Part shown: piece by piece, positions 47,535-64,000 of the stretch
How the letters are laid out: each line of letters opens with the position of its first letter
Numbering within the stretch: position 1 is the first letter of the stretch
Assembly: GCA_002269645.1 (NCBI GenBank)
Contig: NIVC01002470.1
Location: forward strand, 62,001-126,000
Reading direction: 5' to 3'
DNA from: Macrostomum lignano
Taxonomy: Eukaryota
Length of the DNA stretch: 64,000 bases
Made by a program: the position numbers and the translations under genes
Notes under the pieces: model-generated
What the model was told of the DNA's origin: nothing
The model's database searches: none
The model's input: only the letters and a program-made list of their open reading frames with translations

Positions 47535-49096
47535 TAGTGTCTGTCTGTCTGTCTTAGTGTCTGTCTGTCTGTCTTAGTGTCTGTCTGTCTGTCTGTCTGT
47601 CCGTCTTAGTGCATTAGTTCTTTAGTTTCATGGTGCCTTAAGGCTTGTGCGACATCAAAGTAACTATGAAACTATATAACTGATGTAAAAAAAGTAATGG
47701 GAATTGATGTACAAGTTCTGTGAAGACACGAGACTTAGCCTGCTTTAGTGATGTTGTTGAAAGATTATTTTAGCTTCCTACTGCCTCAGTGGTTTCATGC
47801 TTTGTCTTAGTATTTTTGTGTCTGTACCTGTCTCCTAGGTCTTGGTGTCTGCCTGCCGCACTATGCAGCTCTCCTATCCATCCTATTCCCCTCCTTTCTC
47901 CTCCCACAACAAAAGCGGGCCGCTTATTGATCAGTGGAGCAGAAGGTGATGAAGTGGGCAGGCATCTCAGTCCGCCATTCAGTTGCAGCGGAAACGGATG
48001 GCGAGGCCACTCCAAACCAACCAAGCCCAAGCAAAAGTTGCTCACACCAGCTTTTAGCCATGTTTAAAGAGATTTTCAAAAAATTACAAAACAGCTCAGA
48101 GCAGTCTCGAACTCGAACTCGCTCTCGAGCCGATATTTATAGATGCATGCGTGAGCCAGCGCTGCAGGGCAGGCACAAATCACAGGCATGCAGATCCATC
48201 AGCACCCGGACTCGTGCGTGTTGCACAAATCGCAGATTGAAAGCTAACTATTTAGCACACACTTCATCCGGCCAGCCAATGACTAAAGGACAATGACTCA
48301 GGGCCAATGACTAAAGGACAATGAGTCAGAGACAATGACTAAAGAACAATGAGTCAGGGCCAATGACTAAAGGACAATGACTGAAGGGCAATGAATAAAG
48401 GACAATGACTAAAGGACAATGACTAAAGGACAATGAGTCAGGGAAAATGACTAAAGGACAATGACTAAAGGACAATGAGTCAGGGAAAATGACTAAAGGA
48501 CAATAACTAAAGGACAATGACTCAGGGCCAATGACTAAAGGACAATGAGTCAGAGACAATGACTAAAGGACAATGAGTCAGGGCCAATGACTAAAGGACG
48601 ATGAGTCAGGGCCAATGACTAAAGGACAATGACTCAGGGCCAATGATTCAGGGACGACTCAGGGCCAATGACTCACCGTGGACACAATGTGAGCAAACCA
48701 CCTGGCATAGTAGGGCTGCTCAACAGCATCCGCCGCCGTGGAGTCCCTCGTCGCTTCGTCATCTTCATCAGCCGCCGCATCCACCTCAGCCTCCGCTTTC
48801 CTCCGCTGCTCAATGCTTCCGCTAGCGAAGTGATCCAGATCGTCGAATTCGAGGCTTCTCTTGCGACGGTTTTCTTTCTGCTTCTGCTGAGGCCGATTCT
48901 TCTTTTGGGAAGCAGACTCTGTCTCTCCACCGCCGCCGCAGCCGGCACTCTTGGGGCCGAAGAAGTCGAACAAGCTGCTCTGCCGGCTGGGCTGCTTCTT
49001 CGGCGGTGACAGGGTGCAGCCAACGATCTGGCAGTCGCTGTCGCTGTCATCTCCGTCGTCAGCTGTTAATACCGGCGGCGCCTTTGATGTCGCCAT
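41746..49096 (-). CDS. FAN1: Fanconi-associated nuclease 1, ~842 aa (exons 48677..49096, 46835..47416, 44442..44864, 42422..43111, 41746..42159)
   Basis: PYYARWF..V|[11 protein letters not shown]; SAP-like [14 protein letters not shown]; [30 protein letters not shown]; VRR-NUC core [27 protein letters not shown]. All GT/AG junctions are in frame. Confidence 0.93.
42185..42380. repeat. ~42-bp repeat (about 3-4 copies) in FAN1 intron 4
   Basis: ATTTATGACCTCAGTCAGGTGAGAGTGCAATCCCCATAATAGGG recurs. Confidence 0.8.
43240..44425. repeat. 12-bp minisatellite (ACAGAAACCCCA) in FAN1 intron 3
   Basis: Direct periodicity. Confidence 0.96.
44920..46785. repeat. Two adjacent 20-bp minisatellites in FAN1 intron 2 (GTGAGAACCATTGGGATCTA, 44920-45440; GGGAATGAATGGGATCAATT, 45490-46785)
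   Basis: Direct periodicity. Both share a TGGGATC core. Confidence 0.96.
47478..47600. repeat. (CTGT)n microsatellite in FAN1 intron 1
   Basis: Direct. Confidence 0.95.
48277..48672. repeat. ~13-14 bp minisatellite (AATGACTAAAGGAC / AATGAGTCAGGGCC) at the FAN1 intron 1 donor
   Basis: Direct periodicity. Confidence 0.92.
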
Positions 49097-49787
49097 GTCT
49101 TGTTTGATGTTTGCCGCCCGAAAAATTGCGCGCAAAAACTATTTTTGTTAGTGTTTTTGCGACGCTGGCGCTAAAGCGACATCAAGCAGAAATGCGATAG
49201 GCGCTCATATAATCAACTACTTTCAGTAGTGTAGATGCCTATCGCTGGACCGATAAACTACCGATAAATAACAAAGCATTGACAAGACGCACAGTGAAAA
49301 TACTGGGGAGTTTATTTAAACATGCTGAACATGCTGGCTAATGCAATTACAACTTCGTATGCATGGGCGGAGACAAAAGCCGAAAAAAACAGCGGAAGCT
49401 GAGAGTTGACAGAAATTTAAGCATTGGAGAATAATAAATATAATAAGCGATCAAAAGCGAGCTCCCATTGTCTGTTGTCAGATAATTCCAAGAGGATTAG
49501 GACAGGTTAAACAAAACGTTGCGGCGGTTAATTGCAATTCGCAATGGGAAGTTTATACCAGTAGGGTGACAATAGAATACCATAGGGCACTGCAATACTT
49601 TCTTAACACCTCGGGAAGACGCGATGTTGCTTTTGCTTTTAGAAGCAATAATTAGATAGACAGATTGTCAGGAAAATGGCACAGGTTGCTATTCAAATTC
49701 TACAAGCAAACTTAGGGAAGCGCTGCACCGCAAACAGCTAAGATAAAAATCAGCCTCTACAATAACGCAAAGCATCGTCCAAATACT

Positions 49788-64000
<14,213 letters not shown>

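Overview
Eukaryotic (animal) genomic DNA with GC/CpG-rich exons separated by introns mostly filled with unrelated minisatellites. This architecture suggests a Macrostomum-like flatworm (inference only). The first ~37.5 kb is a large inverted duplication: left arm <=3.9-19.477 kb, right arm 22.095-~37.5 kb, around a 2.6-kb spacer with a 145-N gap. Each arm carries a 2-exon gene for a 92-aa secreted Cys-rich peptide precursor, a tRNA-derived CORE-type SINE, two MITEs, an Mlx gene, a 1.7-kb CpG-free tract, and the 5' part of a Rab11-like gene whose first intron holds a hAT-type MITE and an RTE LINE fragment. Rab11 exons 3-4 occur once, in the spacer, so only the right-arm copy is complete, and it has a 1-nt frameshift before its SCCS* end. 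Downstream, all on the minus strand, are an orphan Pro/Ala-rich ORF, a complete 5-exon FAN1 gene and the last 12 exons of NALCN, whose DII/DIII/DIV filter residues are all Glu. Almost all long ORFs in the supplied track are translations of tandem repeats. Exon boundaries were read by hand from GT/AG sites and reading-frame continuity; no database searches were run.
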